Part shown: one piece after another, positions 31,897 to 41,417 of the stretch
How positions within the stretch are numbered: the stretch's first letter is position 1
How the letters are laid out: each line of letters begins with the position of its first letter
Assembly: GCA_016788625.1 (NCBI GenBank)
Contig: JAEUQX010000082.1
Coordinates: 1 to 60,209, forward strand
Source: Anaerolineae bacterium
GTDB taxonomy: Bacteria > Chloroflexota > Anaerolineae > Aggregatilineales > Phototrophicaceae
Reading direction: 5' to 3'
Length of the DNA: 60,209 nt
Translations under genes and position numbers: made by a program
The notes under the pieces: model-generated
Seen by the model: only the letters and a program-made list of their open reading frames with translations
What the model was told of the DNA's origin: nothing
Databases searched by the model: none

Positions 31897-32301
31897 GTGG
31901 CAAAAGATATTTCCATCACCTTCATGAGCGGCCCTTACGACGGACGCACGCTGGTGTTTCAGCAGCCGGAGATTGGCGAAGAAAAGGTGCTGCTGATCGG
32001 TAGGCGTGAAGGCTGTGACATCCATCTGCATTTCGACAGCCAGTCCTCGCGCATCCACGCGCGCCTGGGCTTGCAGTCGATGCCCGTGACGGCCTCCGAG
32101 TCGGTCGATAACCCCTTCGCGCTGAACTTCTGGCTGGAAGACGGCAACAGCCGCAACGGGACGTTTGTCGAACGCGACAAGTCACCGATCAAGGGGCGCG
32201 TCAGCCTGCGACCAGGGACGCTGTTCCGCGTGGGACGCACCTGGCTGCGGCTGGACGTGCCACTGAGCTACGACGAGAGCAGCGACGAACCGGAGTTATG
32301 A
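31897..32301 (+). CDS. Stand-alone FHA domain protein
   Basis: LIGRREGCDI (GR), SRIHA (SxxH), LEDGNSRNGTFV (NGT), LRPGTLFRVG; GTG start after GAAGGA. Confidence 0.9.
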   Translation: MAKDISITFMSGPYDGRTLVFQQPEIGEEKVLLIGRREGCDIHLHFDSQSSRIHARLGLQSMPVTASESVDNPFALNFWLEDGNSRNGTFVERDKSPIKGRVSLRPGTLFRVGRTWLRLDVPLSYDESSDEPEL

Positions 32302-32310
32302 GGTATCTGT

Positions 32311-32553
32311 ATGGAAACTATGAAGCTGCGAGCACGGGTGGGTGAAGATGGCCTGCTGAAATTGGAACTGCCAACTTCAGGTCTGGCAAACCGCGACCTG
32401 GAGGTTGTGATCGTGATGCAACCGCTGGAAGAAGCGGTGGATGAATATGGGTGGCCGCTGGGCTTCTTTGACCGCACTTACGGCGCACTGGCGGATGATC
32501 CAATTGAGCGGCCTCCAGAGCTTGCTCCTGATGTGCGGGACGAAATCGAATGA
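32311..32553 (+). CDS. Putative antitoxin partner of the PIN toxin
   Basis: 80 aa, acidic; RARVGEDGLLKLELP N-terminus; ATGA overlap with the PIN gene. Confidence 0.7.
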   Translation: METMKLRARVGEDGLLKLELPTSGLANRDLEVVIVMQPLEEAVDEYGWPLGFFDRTYGALADDPIERPPELAPDVRDEIE

Positions 32554-32951
32554 AGTATCTGCTCGATACAAATGCCTGTATTCGTTACATTAACGGGCGT
32601 TCACCTCAACTGCGTTTGAAGCTCTCCAATACGCCTCGGCGCGATATTGCAGTGAGTAGCATCACAAAAGCGGAACTGTTCTATGGCTCAGCCAAGAGTC
32701 AAACACCTGAACGGTCCCTTCAGAAGCAGCTTGAATTCCTTGAAACTGTGACATCAATTCCGTTTGATGACCTCGCAGCGGTGGCATATGGGCCATTACG
32801 TGCGGAGCTAGAGCGAATAGGGTCGCCAATCGGTCAACATGATATGCTCATTGCTTCCATCGCTTTCGCGAATAACCTCATCTTGGTCACACACAACACC
32901 AGCGAATTTGAACGAATTGCGGCGCTGCAACTTGAAGATTGGGAGATTTAG
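32550..32951 (+). CDS. vapC: VapC PIN-domain toxin
   Basis: YLLDTN, SSITKAELFYG, IGQHDMLIAS, LVTHNTSEFERI, LEDW. Confidence 0.93.
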   Translation: MKYLLDTNACIRYINGRSPQLRLKLSNTPRRDIAVSSITKAELFYGSAKSQTPERSLQKQLEFLETVTSIPFDDLAAVAYGPLRAELERIGSPIGQHDMLIASIAFANNLILVTHNTSEFERIAALQLEDWEI

Positions 32952-32960
32952 TAAATTAAT

Positions 32961-33794
32961 ATGGCACTTTCAACTTCCTCCTTCCGTACATCCGACGGCG
33001 TGAATATGCACACCGTTTCGTGGCTGCCCGCAACCAGCAGGGCGACCATCGTGATTGTGCACGGGCTGGCCGAACACAGCGGACGCTATGCCCACGTCGC
33101 GGCGCGGCTGAACGCGGCGGGCTGCGCGGTCTACAGCATCGACCATCGCGGGCATGGCAAGAGCGACGGCTTGCGCGCCTACTTCGAGAACTTCGACCAG
33201 CCGGTGAATGACCTCAAGCAGTACATCGATACGGTCAAAGCGACGCAGCCGGGGCACAAGCTGTTCATCTACGGTCACAGCCTCGGCTCGCTCATCACGC
33301 TGGCTTATGCGCTGCGGCACGGGCGCGATCTGGCCGGGTTGGTCATCTCCGGCACGCCGCTGGAGGTCGAGTCATCACAGCCGCGTGCGTTGATTCAGAT
33401 TGGAGACCTGCTCAACAGCCTCGTGCCGAAGATGGGCATCGCCAAGCTGGACTCGCAGGGGCTGGCGCATGATATGGCTGTCGTGCAGGCTTATGACAGC
33501 GACCCGCTGGTATATCGCGGCGCGGTGCGCGTGCGGATGGCACATCACATCGTCCACGTCAGCCGCATAGTCAAGGCGCAGGCGGCGCAGTTGACGATGC
33601 CGCTGCTGCTCATTCACGGCGAGGCCGACCCGATCTGCCCGGTGGCGGGAAGCCGGACGCTGAACGGCGCGGCGGGCGCGAGCGACAAGACGCTGAAGAT
33701 TTATCCGGGGCTGTTCCACGAAATCCACAACGAGCCGCAGCAGGCCGAGGTGCTGGACGACGTGGCGGCCTGGCTGACGCCGCGGATGGGATAA
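32961..33794 (+). CDS. Alpha/beta hydrolase (lysophospholipase/monoglyceride lipase family)
   Basis: VHGLAEHSGRY, DHRGHGKS, GHSLG, HGEADPI, LFHEIHNE (full triad). Confidence 0.9.
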   Translation: MALSTSSFRTSDGVNMHTVSWLPATSRATIVIVHGLAEHSGRYAHVAARLNAAGCAVYSIDHRGHGKSDGLRAYFENFDQPVNDLKQYIDTVKATQPGHKLFIYGHSLGSLITLAYALRHGRDLAGLVISGTPLEVESSQPRALIQIGDLLNSLVPKMGIAKLDSQGLAHDMAVVQAYDSDPLVYRGAVRVRMAHHIVHVSRIVKAQAAQLTMPLLLIHGEADPICPVAGSRTLNGAAGASDKTLKIYPGLFHEIHNEPQQAEVLDDVAAWLTPRMG

Positions 33795-33928
33795 CGTTGG
33801 CTGCGCTACTTTGAGTTCTTTGGGGCGGTGAGGCGTTCTTCTCCGCCCGTTCCAGCTTCTTGATGCTCTTCGCAGTATGCAGTCTTCTGGCGTCGTGCCA
33901 CCGAGTTCGGCAATCGCGCGCTGGGCAA

Positions 33929-34300
33929 CTACAGTGGTACCACGATAAGCCGACCATAAACGACGAATGTTCCCATTAGCAGCAGGATGATATTCGGAAT
34001 CAGCATTCCCATTTCTCTACGACGAATGTGCGTGATCATCGCCCCAATCATCGTCAGGATAAGTCCGGCGGCGGCCAGCGGGGTGAGAGTCGGCAGAATG
34101 CCGGTCAATGCTGGTAAAACAAGACCGATGGCAGCCAACAATTCAAGCGCGCCGATTCCCTTTAGTGTTCGTGCCGAAAAATCTTCGACCCATTTCATTT
34201 TTTCTTGAAGCTTCTCACGCGGTTGGGTGAGCTTCCCGATGCCCACCATTCCAAATACAAATGCCAGCAGAATTTGCACAATCCAGATCGCTGTATTCAT
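33929..34300 (-). CDS. DoxX-like membrane protein
   Basis: WIVQILLA, IGALELLAAIGLVLP, LTPLAAAGL, GAMITHIRRRE. Confidence 0.85.
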   Translation of the reverse strand: MNTAIWIVQILLAFVFGMVGIGKLTQPREKLQEKMKWVEDFSARTLKGIGALELLAAIGLVLPALTGILPTLTPLAAAGLILTMIGAMITHIRRREMGMLIPNIILLLMGTFVVYGRLIVVPL

Positions 34301-34377
34301 GATGTATTAGCCTTTCTCACAATGATTGATAATGAATGTCAAAAGTATGAATCAGCGGGGCAGCAGACAGACTATGG

Positions 34378-34722
34378 TTAGCGCCCGTCAACACGCCCAC
34401 CCTGTGAGTGTTGTTCAACGATGATGCCATTCACCACCCGATGAAACATCAATGTTTCACTCAGCACCCGTTCACCAGTCGGCGGCATTCCCATGAATAC
34501 ACCACTATGGGTAGCCTCAGTCACAAACCGTGATGCCACCCATTCACCGTCGGCAAACTGCTGTACCAATTCGTGTACAGAATTGGTCATGGCGCCATGA
34601 ATATGCTGGATGAAAGGGATGATTTCCTGTATACCGGGATGTTCATCAGCAATAGCAAAGTTGCCATTCCACAACTCACTCAACACGTGGCGGACAACGG
34701 CTTTGTTCTGCTCAGTGGACAT
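34378..34722 (-). CDS. SnoaL-like ester cyclase / NTF2-fold protein
   Basis: MSTEQNKAVVR, GEWVASR, THSGVFMGMPPTG, GIIVE. Confidence 0.82.
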   Translation of the reverse strand: MSTEQNKAVVRHVLSELWNGNFAIADEHPGIQEIIPFIQHIHGAMTNSVHELVQQFADGEWVASRFVTEATHSGVFMGMPPTGERVLSETLMFHRVVNGIIVEQHSQGGRVDGR

Positions 34723-34769
34723 GATGTTTCTCCTTGAAGAATGTATGAACCATTCGAATTGAAGCGTGA

Positions 34770-35297
34770 TTAACTGAGAGTTTTGCGCATAATGGCCTGG
34801 GTCATGGAAAACCCCTGCTCGGTATAAACAGACTGCGCGCGTTCGTTAGTGGCGGTCACGTACAACTGAACACGAGGTAAGCCGTTGGCTTCCGCCCAGG
34901 CATAAACACGGTTGAGCAAGGCATGTGCCAGGCCCATGCAGCGATGGCTGTCTGCCACATAGAGCGCTTCAACTTCCACCCATTGTCGGTGACGAAACAA
35001 GGGGGAATCGGTGTGAATACCCGCGATCAGTAAGCCAACTGCTTTCTCACCATCTTTTACGAGCAGCCACAGTTTGTCTGCCTGACTACAGGTATCCTGG
35101 AATTCGCGGCGCAGCAGGGTTTCCCATTCATCTGAAAGCGCGAAATGCGCATCAAGCGAAGCATTATAGGTATGCAGTGCGCCGAACAGACTCACCACGA
35201 CATCGCAATCGGCGGCTTGAGCCGGCACGATGCGCAGGTTATGGATTGCGCGACTACGATTGTGAACGGTTGAGGACTGGATTGTCAGGTTATTCAT
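34770..35297 (-). CDS. GNAT N-acetyltransferase
   Basis: LYVADSHRCMGLA acetyl-CoA motif, NERAQSVY..QGF. Confidence 0.85.
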   Translation of the reverse strand: MNNLTIQSSTVHNRSRAIHNLRIVPAQAADCDVVVSLFGALHTYNASLDAHFALSDEWETLLRREFQDTCSQADKLWLLVKDGEKAVGLLIAGIHTDSPLFRHRQWVEVEALYVADSHRCMGLAHALLNRVYAWAEANGLPRVQLYVTATNERAQSVYTEQGFSMTQAIMRKTLS

Positions 35298-35331
35298 TTC
35301 AGACTCCCTCTAAAGGCCCATTTCGATACGG

Positions 35332-35472
35332 TTAATGACGGTTCGAGCAGTCCTGCAAACCGAGTAAGTCTTCCGCTTCTGCCGGGGAAATTCGCAGTGC
35401 GAGTATCGCCAGACGCAGAAGTGTGCGATTGAAAATCCGGGTACAATAGTGACTGTGATTTCGCTTGTTCAT
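35332..35472 (-). CDS. Small ORF (46 aa) at the head of the GNAT-SnoaL-DoxX operon; not in the ORF track
   Basis: Hand translation MNKRNHSHYCTRIFNRTLLRLAILALRISPAEAEDLLGLQDCSNRH*, preceded by GAGGA RBS. Confidence 0.4.
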   Translation of the reverse strand: MNKRNHSHYCTRIFNRTLLRLAILALRISPAEAEDLLGLQDCSNRH

Positions 35473-35575
35473 AAAATCCTCGATCACTTAACTTGTCCTT
35501 ATTTAAGCAGCAGTTGGTTAGGCATTGGTCTCCCTGACAGTGGACAATCGGGGAGACAAAAAAGGATACAAATCG

Positions 35576-38161
35576 ATGAGCGACATCGTTTCGTTTGGCG
35601 AGTGGATGGCACAGCGGCGGAAAACACTGGATATGACCCAGCGCGAACTGGCATCCCAGACCAACTGTGCGCTGGCAACCATCAAGAAGATCGAAATCGA
35701 TGAGCGCCGCCCTTCGCGCGATTTAGCCGAGGCATTGGCTGGTGCGCTGCAAATTTCAGCCGATGCAAAACAAAAGTTTGTTGAATGTGCACGTGGCTTG
35801 CGTCCGGTCGATGCACTGGCTTCGATTGGGATAAACGGCAAAGTGGAAAAGACCAGCACCCCGATTCCAGTTGTGAATCTTCCTGCGCAGCCTACCCCAT
35901 TTATCGGACGCGAGGCCGAACTCGATCAGATCGCGACTTATCTGGACAATCCCACCTGCCGTCTGTTAACGCTGGTTGGAGCGGGTGGTATCGGGAAAAC
36001 GCGGCTGGCATATCAGGCAGGCATATTGAGCGCCAGCCGATTTCCATCGGGTGTTTATGGCGTGCCGCTGGCAGGTGTAAATGCGCCGGAATTTATGGTG
36101 ACAGCCATCGCGGAATGGGTAAAGCTGCCGCTGTTTGGGAGTGATAATCCCAAAATACAACTACTGAATTTCCTTCAGCCGAAAGGCCTACTGCTCATTC
36201 TGGATAATCTGGAACACTTATTAGAGGGAGTGGGCTTGCTGGCGGAGATTCTGGAAGCAGCACCCCGCGTAAAGATTCTCACAACCTCTCGTGAACGCTT
36301 AAATCTGAGTGGTGAATGGCTGTTCCCGGTAAATGGACTTTCCTTTCCAAATGATGCCCAACAGGAGAATGCGGCAGATTTTACTGCGGTGCAGCTTTTT
36401 GAGGGCTGCGCCCGCCGCAATCTCCCCGGTTTCCATCTCCAGGATCACTTGAGCGCCTCAATTCGTGTTTGCGAACTAGTGGAAGGGATGCCGCTGGCGA
36501 TTGAACTCGCAGCGAGTTGGGTGCGCCGGATGCCCTGTGAGCAGATTGCCGAGCAAATTCAACAGGATTTGAATTTCCTCTCAGCAGGATGGCGTGATGC
36601 CCCGGAACGTCATCGCAGCATTCGAGCCTTGTTCGATCATTCGTGGCGGATGCTGTCTGCCGAAGAACAGGATGTGCTGATGAAACTCTCGGTCTTTCGG
36701 GGCGGTTTCGAACCAGAGGCAGCGCGACAAATCGCCGGAGCGTCACTAGGGATGCTGACCTCACTGGAAGATAAATCATTGGTACAGGGAAGCCCCTTTG
36801 GGCGTTACGACCTGCACGAACTGATACGCCAGTATGCCGAAAACCATCTGAAAGATGCCGGGAAAGCTGTTGAAGCCCAGAATCGTCATCTGGATTACTA
36901 CTTGATCTGGGCAGAGACTACCGACAAGCAACTTCATACCAAGGAACAGCTCAATGCAGCGCGGCGTATCAAAACCGAGTACAACAACCTGCGGGCGGCG
37001 CTCACCTGGGCATTCGATGCTCATGATGCTGAAAAAGGTCTGCGTGTTGCTAACGCGCTCTGGTTCTTCTGGTTCAGATGGGACGGAATTTGGGATGAAG
37101 GGCTTCGGTGGACTGAACTCGGATTGAGCCAGACCGAAGGCGTCAGTCCAATCCGCACAGATGCGCTTGGCAATGCAGCCACGCTGGCAGCGCAGCTTGG
37201 GAATCTTCGGGCAGCAGGGGAGTACATGCAGCGCGGCTATGCCTACTCTCAGCAATTGGGTTGGAAAGTCGGCATTGCCCGCTATGTCATGGGGATGAGC
37301 TATGTTATGCCGGATTATACAGAGGTCGCGGCTCAGTTTGAGCAAGCCATTGCTCTGTTACGTGAGACTGATATGCCATGGATGCTTGCCACGGCCTTGT
37401 TTCTGTATGGTGATCGGGCCAGGGTGCAGGGCGACCTCGAACGCGCGCAACGCCTCTATGATGAGAGTTTTGCAATCTCAAAAACGAATCAAGATCGGAT
37501 GCTGATCGGAGCCAGTCTTGTGAGGCTGGGGCGATTAGCTGCTCTTAAAGGGGATTATCAGAAAGCCCGGACGGTCTATGATGAAGCTACTAAATTGGTC
37601 CGAGAGATTGAACGTCCATATCTTGAATATCTCATTCCCCTCGCTGCATTAGCAATTTACCAGGGCGATTATGAGTCTGCTCAACGCCATTTGAAGGAAT
37701 CGCTTACTTATGCAGAGGAATTCAATGATGTTGGTGGGACAATTCATGCGAGTTATTTCTTGGCTGAACTGGCACTGCACCGCGAGCAGTTCAGCGAGGC
37801 TGCACGACTATTGGCAACGAGTATCACCATGACTCTCAGCGACCGGGAGTGGCAGCACAACTTCACCAATCACGAATTCAACTGTGAGCGGCTGATCATT
37901 AGCGGAAAGGTGGCCTGTGCGATGGGCGATTATCCCGAGGCGGCACGGTTACTCAGTATGGGCGAATCCGCGCGGGCGCAATCCGGCTATCTGCTCGATC
38001 CACTGCCATGCGCTGAATATGAGCAAGCGGTTCAGAAAACCCGTGAGCAGCTCGGCGATGCTCTATTTGACCCTGCATGGAAAGCCGGTCAGGTGTCGAC
38101 GGAAGAAGCGGCACTGCTTTATACAGTTGAATATCTTCAGAGCAAGTTAGCAAAAGGGTAA
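35576..38161 (+). CDS. XRE-HTH / STAND (NB-ARC-like) ATPase / TPR regulator
   Basis: MTQRELA...IKKIE.DERRPS HTH; FIGREAEL; GAGGIGKT; LLILDNLEHL; GMPLAIELAA; YDLHELIRQYA; C-terminal TPR-like helices; ATG at 35576. Confidence 0.88.
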   Translation: MSDIVSFGEWMAQRRKTLDMTQRELASQTNCALATIKKIEIDERRPSRDLAEALAGALQISADAKQKFVECARGLRPVDALASIGINGKVEKTSTPIPVVNLPAQPTPFIGREAELDQIATYLDNPTCRLLTLVGAGGIGKTRLAYQAGILSASRFPSGVYGVPLAGVNAPEFMVTAIAEWVKLPLFGSDNPKIQLLNFLQPKGLLLILDNLEHLLEGVGLLAEILEAAPRVKILTTSRERLNLSGEWLFPVNGLSFPNDAQQENAADFTAVQLFEGCARRNLPGFHLQDHLSASIRVCELVEGMPLAIELAASWVRRMPCEQIAEQIQQDLNFLSAGWRDAPERHRSIRALFDHSWRMLSAEEQDVLMKLSVFRGGFEPEAARQIAGASLGMLTSLEDKSLVQGSPFGRYDLHELIRQYAENHLKDAGKAVEAQNRHLDYYLIWAETTDKQLHTKEQLNAARRIKTEYNNLRAALTWAFDAHDAEKGLRVANALWFFWFRWDGIWDEGLRWTELGLSQTEGVSPIRTDALGNAATLAAQLGNLRAAGEYMQRGYAYSQQLGWKVGIARYVMGMSYVMPDYTEVAAQFEQAIALLRETDMPWMLATALFLYGDRARVQGDLERAQRLYDESFAISKTNQDRMLIGASLVRLGRLAALKGDYQKARTVYDEATKLVREIERPYLEYLIPLAALAIYQGDYESAQRHLKESLTYAEEFNDVGGTIHASYFLAELALHREQFSEAARLLATSITMTLSDREWQHNFTNHEFNCERLIISGKVACAMGDYPEAARLLSMGESARAQSGYLLDPLPCAEYEQAVQKTREQLGDALFDPAWKAGQVSTEEAALLYTVEYLQSKLAKG

Positions 38162-38406
38162 TTTAGCACGACCAGTCTGCGCGACCAAGTGGGTTTAGCC
38201 GAGCGCGATGACTTCTTTCGATGGGTCGGCATTCTGGACGATGAGGTAACAGGCGTTTGATCGTCGGGAGTGGTCATTAGACAACGGCTTAGCTCATCGC
38301 CGTACATTTCCCCTACAGAACGCAGGGCGGCTACGGGCGGATCGGGCGCTTGTGCCCTATATCCGCCCGCAGGTTACTACAACCCTCGGTTCAGTGACAG
38401 GCTCGC

Positions 38407-40212
38407 TTACGCCGTCAGCCGTTCCAGACGGTCAACATAATCGGCCAGCGCGGCGAAGGTGCGCTCCACCGCTTCCGGCGTGCTCATGTCCACGCCAGCG
38501 CCCTTGAGCGCGTCCACCGGGTAAACCGAACTGCCCGCGCTGAGGAACTTGATATAAGCCTCTGCTGCGCCTGGCGTGCCCTCCAGGATGCGCCCGGCCA
38601 GCGCGTGCGCCGCCGAGATGCCCGTCGCGTACTGGTAAACATAGTAGTTGGCGTAGAGATGGCCGAACTGCGCCCAGGTGATACCCACGCGCTGGCGGTC
38701 GATGTGCATCTCGCTGCCATAGCCCTCGCTGAACAGATCGGTCATCAGGTCGATCATGTCGTCCGCCGTGACGCCCGCGCCGTTTTCGATGCGCGTGTGC
38801 ACCTCCAGCTCGAAGCGCGCCAGCGTCGGCATGATGAAGAAGTAACGGTGAATGTTGTTCATCGCTTCTTCGATCACGGCGATCTGGAACTGCGGGTCGT
38901 TGTTGGTCTTGAACAGGTTGGCGCGCACCATCGCCTGATTGAAGTTGCTGGCGACCTCCGCAACGAACAGCGTGTAATCACCATAGACGTAGGGCTGCGT
39001 TTTGCGCGAGAAGTACGAGTGCATCGAGTGGCCGAGTTCGTGCGCCAGCGTGCTCATCGCGCCCAGGTTATCGTCGTAGCTCATCAGGATGAAGGGGTAG
39101 GTGTCGTATGAGCCAAATGAGAACGCGCCCTGGGTCTTGCCCTCGTTGGGGTAAATATCGACCCAGCGTTCTTCCAGGCAGCCGCGCCGCAGCACACTGA
39201 CGTAAGCATCACCGAGCGGCTTCATGCCCTCGACAATCCAGTCTACGGCCTGTGCGTAGGGCACAACGGGCGTGGACTTCGAGATCGGTGCCCAGATGTC
39301 GTAAGGGTGCAGCGTCTCCACGCCCAGCGCCTTGCGGCGGATGCGCCAGTAGCGGTGCCAGGTGGGGATGTGCTTGCGGTACGTATCGATCAGATTGTGG
39401 AAGACCTGCGCCGGGATATTGTTGTTGAACAGCGAGGCTTCCAGCGCGCTGTTGTAGCGGCGGGCACGGGCATAGAACACATCGCGCTTGACCGAGGCCA
39501 GATAGTTGCTCGCCAGGGTATTCTTCAGCCCCAGATAGCCGTCGGCGTAGTGTTCCCAGGCCTGGCGGCGTGCTTCACGATCCGGGCTGTCCAGGAACGT
39601 GCTGATGTTGCTCTGCGCCAGCGGCACGGATTCGCCATTCACCACAACTGGTTTGAAGGTCATGTCCGCGCTGGTGATCATTTCTTCGGTGTTATCGATG
39701 GCCGAGAACGGATCACGCGCCAGCGCCAGCACCTCTTCCACCTCGGCGGAGCGCACATGCTGCTGCTGGCGGAACAGGTCGTGGAAATAGTGCGCGAAGG
39801 GTGCCAGGCGAGGTTCGTTCTGTACCCAGCCGTTCAGCACCGCCTCACCAATCGCCAGGATTTCCGGCACGGCGAAACTCGCTAGCGCGCCAAACTGCGC
39901 CGCCAGCGACCCGGCCTCGCCAACCATGCCGATGGCCTCCTGGTCAGTCGTCTCGCAGGCCTGCGACATGCGCGCGTAGAAGAACAGCGTCTCCATGCGG
40001 CGCGCCAGCTTCTCCGATGCCTCGAACCACTCAGCCAGCCGGGCGGCGCTCTGGTTCAGCGTGCCATTGAAGGGCTGCAAACTGGGCAGGGCGGCGCTCA
40101 AGGCCTGGAGTTCTTCGCGCCAGGCCGCGCGGGAGGGGAAGACGCTCTCGGCATTCCACTTATGTATATCGGCCACCTGGCTGCGCGGCGGCACGCTTGC
40201 TGTCGTCGTCAT
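38407..40212 (-). CDS. pepF: Oligoendopeptidase F (M3B)
   Basis: LHPYDI, WVDIYPNEGK, TLAHELGHSMHS, FVAEVAS, YYVYQYATG; ATG at 40212. Confidence 0.95.
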   Translation of the reverse strand: MTTTASVPPRSQVADIHKWNAESVFPSRAAWREELQALSAALPSLQPFNGTLNQSAARLAEWFEASEKLARRMETLFFYARMSQACETTDQEAIGMVGEAGSLAAQFGALASFAVPEILAIGEAVLNGWVQNEPRLAPFAHYFHDLFRQQQHVRSAEVEEVLALARDPFSAIDNTEEMITSADMTFKPVVVNGESVPLAQSNISTFLDSPDREARRQAWEHYADGYLGLKNTLASNYLASVKRDVFYARARRYNSALEASLFNNNIPAQVFHNLIDTYRKHIPTWHRYWRIRRKALGVETLHPYDIWAPISKSTPVVPYAQAVDWIVEGMKPLGDAYVSVLRRGCLEERWVDIYPNEGKTQGAFSFGSYDTYPFILMSYDDNLGAMSTLAHELGHSMHSYFSRKTQPYVYGDYTLFVAEVASNFNQAMVRANLFKTNNDPQFQIAVIEEAMNNIHRYFFIMPTLARFELEVHTRIENGAGVTADDMIDLMTDLFSEGYGSEMHIDRQRVGITWAQFGHLYANYYVYQYATGISAAHALAGRILEGTPGAAEAYIKFLSAGSSVYPVDALKGAGVDMSTPEAVERTFAALADYVDRLERLTA

Positions 40213-40327
40213 AAGCAGTCCTTTCATCATTATTGATATGGGTTCAGAGTGTAGCGCATAGAACACATGAACGGTATAGCCGCTCATCTGCATCACACGC
40301 GGGCGGGCACAGGGGTTCGAAGTTGCT

Positions 40328-40666
40328 CTAAACTGCTGTTCCGAAGTGCTCGACCATTAGCGTCAACATGGTGCTGTCCGTCGTCCACAGGCGGTGCGGC
40401 ACGCCCGACGGCCAGCGCAGCCGCTGTCCTGCCCGCAGCGCCCCCTGCTCATTGCCCACGCTGACCATGCCCGCCCCTTCCAGGCAGATCACATCGATAG
40501 CCATATCAGCGGCATGTTCGTGAATCGTGCCATCCGGCTCGAAGCGCAGCAGCGCCAACCCCAGGTGGTCGAGCTTCAGCAGCATCTTCACCGAGACATT
40601 GCGGCAGCCGTCAAAGGGCAAGGGCAGCCAGTCCACGCTGCGAATCGGTTGAATATCAAGCGCCAC
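40328..40666 (-). CDS. Cupin domain protein
   Basis: TIHEH...VICLEGAG...WPSGVPHRL cupin motifs. Confidence 0.8.
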   Translation of the reverse strand: MALDIQPIRSVDWLPLPFDGCRNVSVKMLLKLDHLGLALLRFEPDGTIHEHAADMAIDVICLEGAGMVSVGNEQGALRAGQRLRWPSGVPHRLWTTDSTMLTLMVEHFGTAV

Positions 40667-40669
40667 AGT

Positions 40670-41269
40670 TCATCCCTCCCGCAATGCTTTGTGCATCGTC
40701 GCCGCGCCGGAGAAGCCGAAGATAGACCGCAAATAGGGATAACGCTGTTCGGCCACCGCCACGAAGCCCTTACGCTCGTAAAGCTGGCGGGCGCGCGGGT
40801 TGGTGTTCACCACGTCCAGCCGGATGCTGTCGCAGCCCTGCTCGCGGCCATAATCAACGATAGCATCCAGCAGGCGCGAGCCGATCCCGCCGCCGCGCAG
40901 TTCCGCATTGACCACGATGCCGTCCATCAGCAGCACGCCCGGTTGTACCGGACGCGCGAAGATCGAGAGGCCGAGCAGCCGCAGCCAACCACCGACGAAG
41001 CCGAACACACGCGTCATCGCAGCAGGCGTCAGGTCGAGCAGACTGCCGTGCGCATCCTTGAAGCCCGCTACACCCGCCACCCGATCCCCGGCCAGCGCGA
41101 CGAAGCTGTATTGCGGGTTGAGCGACTCGGCAATCACGCGCAGCGCCGGTTCCCGTTGGCGGAAGATCGGTTCGAGCTTCTGCGCGAAGGCCGTCCAGTA
41201 AAGTGCTGCCACCTGCTCGCGCTGTTCGTCAGCAAAGCCGCGCTGGATGATGAGATTGTTATCGGTCAT
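40670..41269 (-). CDS. GNAT N-acetyltransferase
   Basis: IVVNAELRGGGIGSRLL, NPRARQLYERKGF. Confidence 0.88.
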   Translation of the reverse strand: MTDNNLIIQRGFADEQREQVAALYWTAFAQKLEPIFRQREPALRVIAESLNPQYSFVALAGDRVAGVAGFKDAHGSLLDLTPAAMTRVFGFVGGWLRLLGLSIFARPVQPGVLLMDGIVVNAELRGGGIGSRLLDAIVDYGREQGCDSIRLDVVNTNPRARQLYERKGFVAVAEQRYPYLRSIFGFSGAATMHKALREG

Positions 41270-41417
41270 GCTGCTCCTGTGCTGCTGTTGATCACTAGCC
41301 TAATTGTAGTACGCAGCAGATCTTTACAATGGTGCGAAGATATGGGATCTTGTGCATCAAGAAACGTCACGTCGACATTACTTCACCTGAGTATCGGATA
41401 GCCTTGCATTTGTTTAA

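Noticed and set aside
25079-32301. Reading the Clp + kinase + FHA trio as a T6SS (ClpV/PpkA/Fha) remnant
   Set aside because: No tss, hcp or vgrG genes nearby; the kinase has no TM segment; the Clp keeps an LGF loop, which ClpV lacks.
22517-40212. Apparent proteolysis cluster (S10 peptidase, Clp, PepF)
   Set aside because: Different strands and separated by unrelated genes; no sign of co-regulation.
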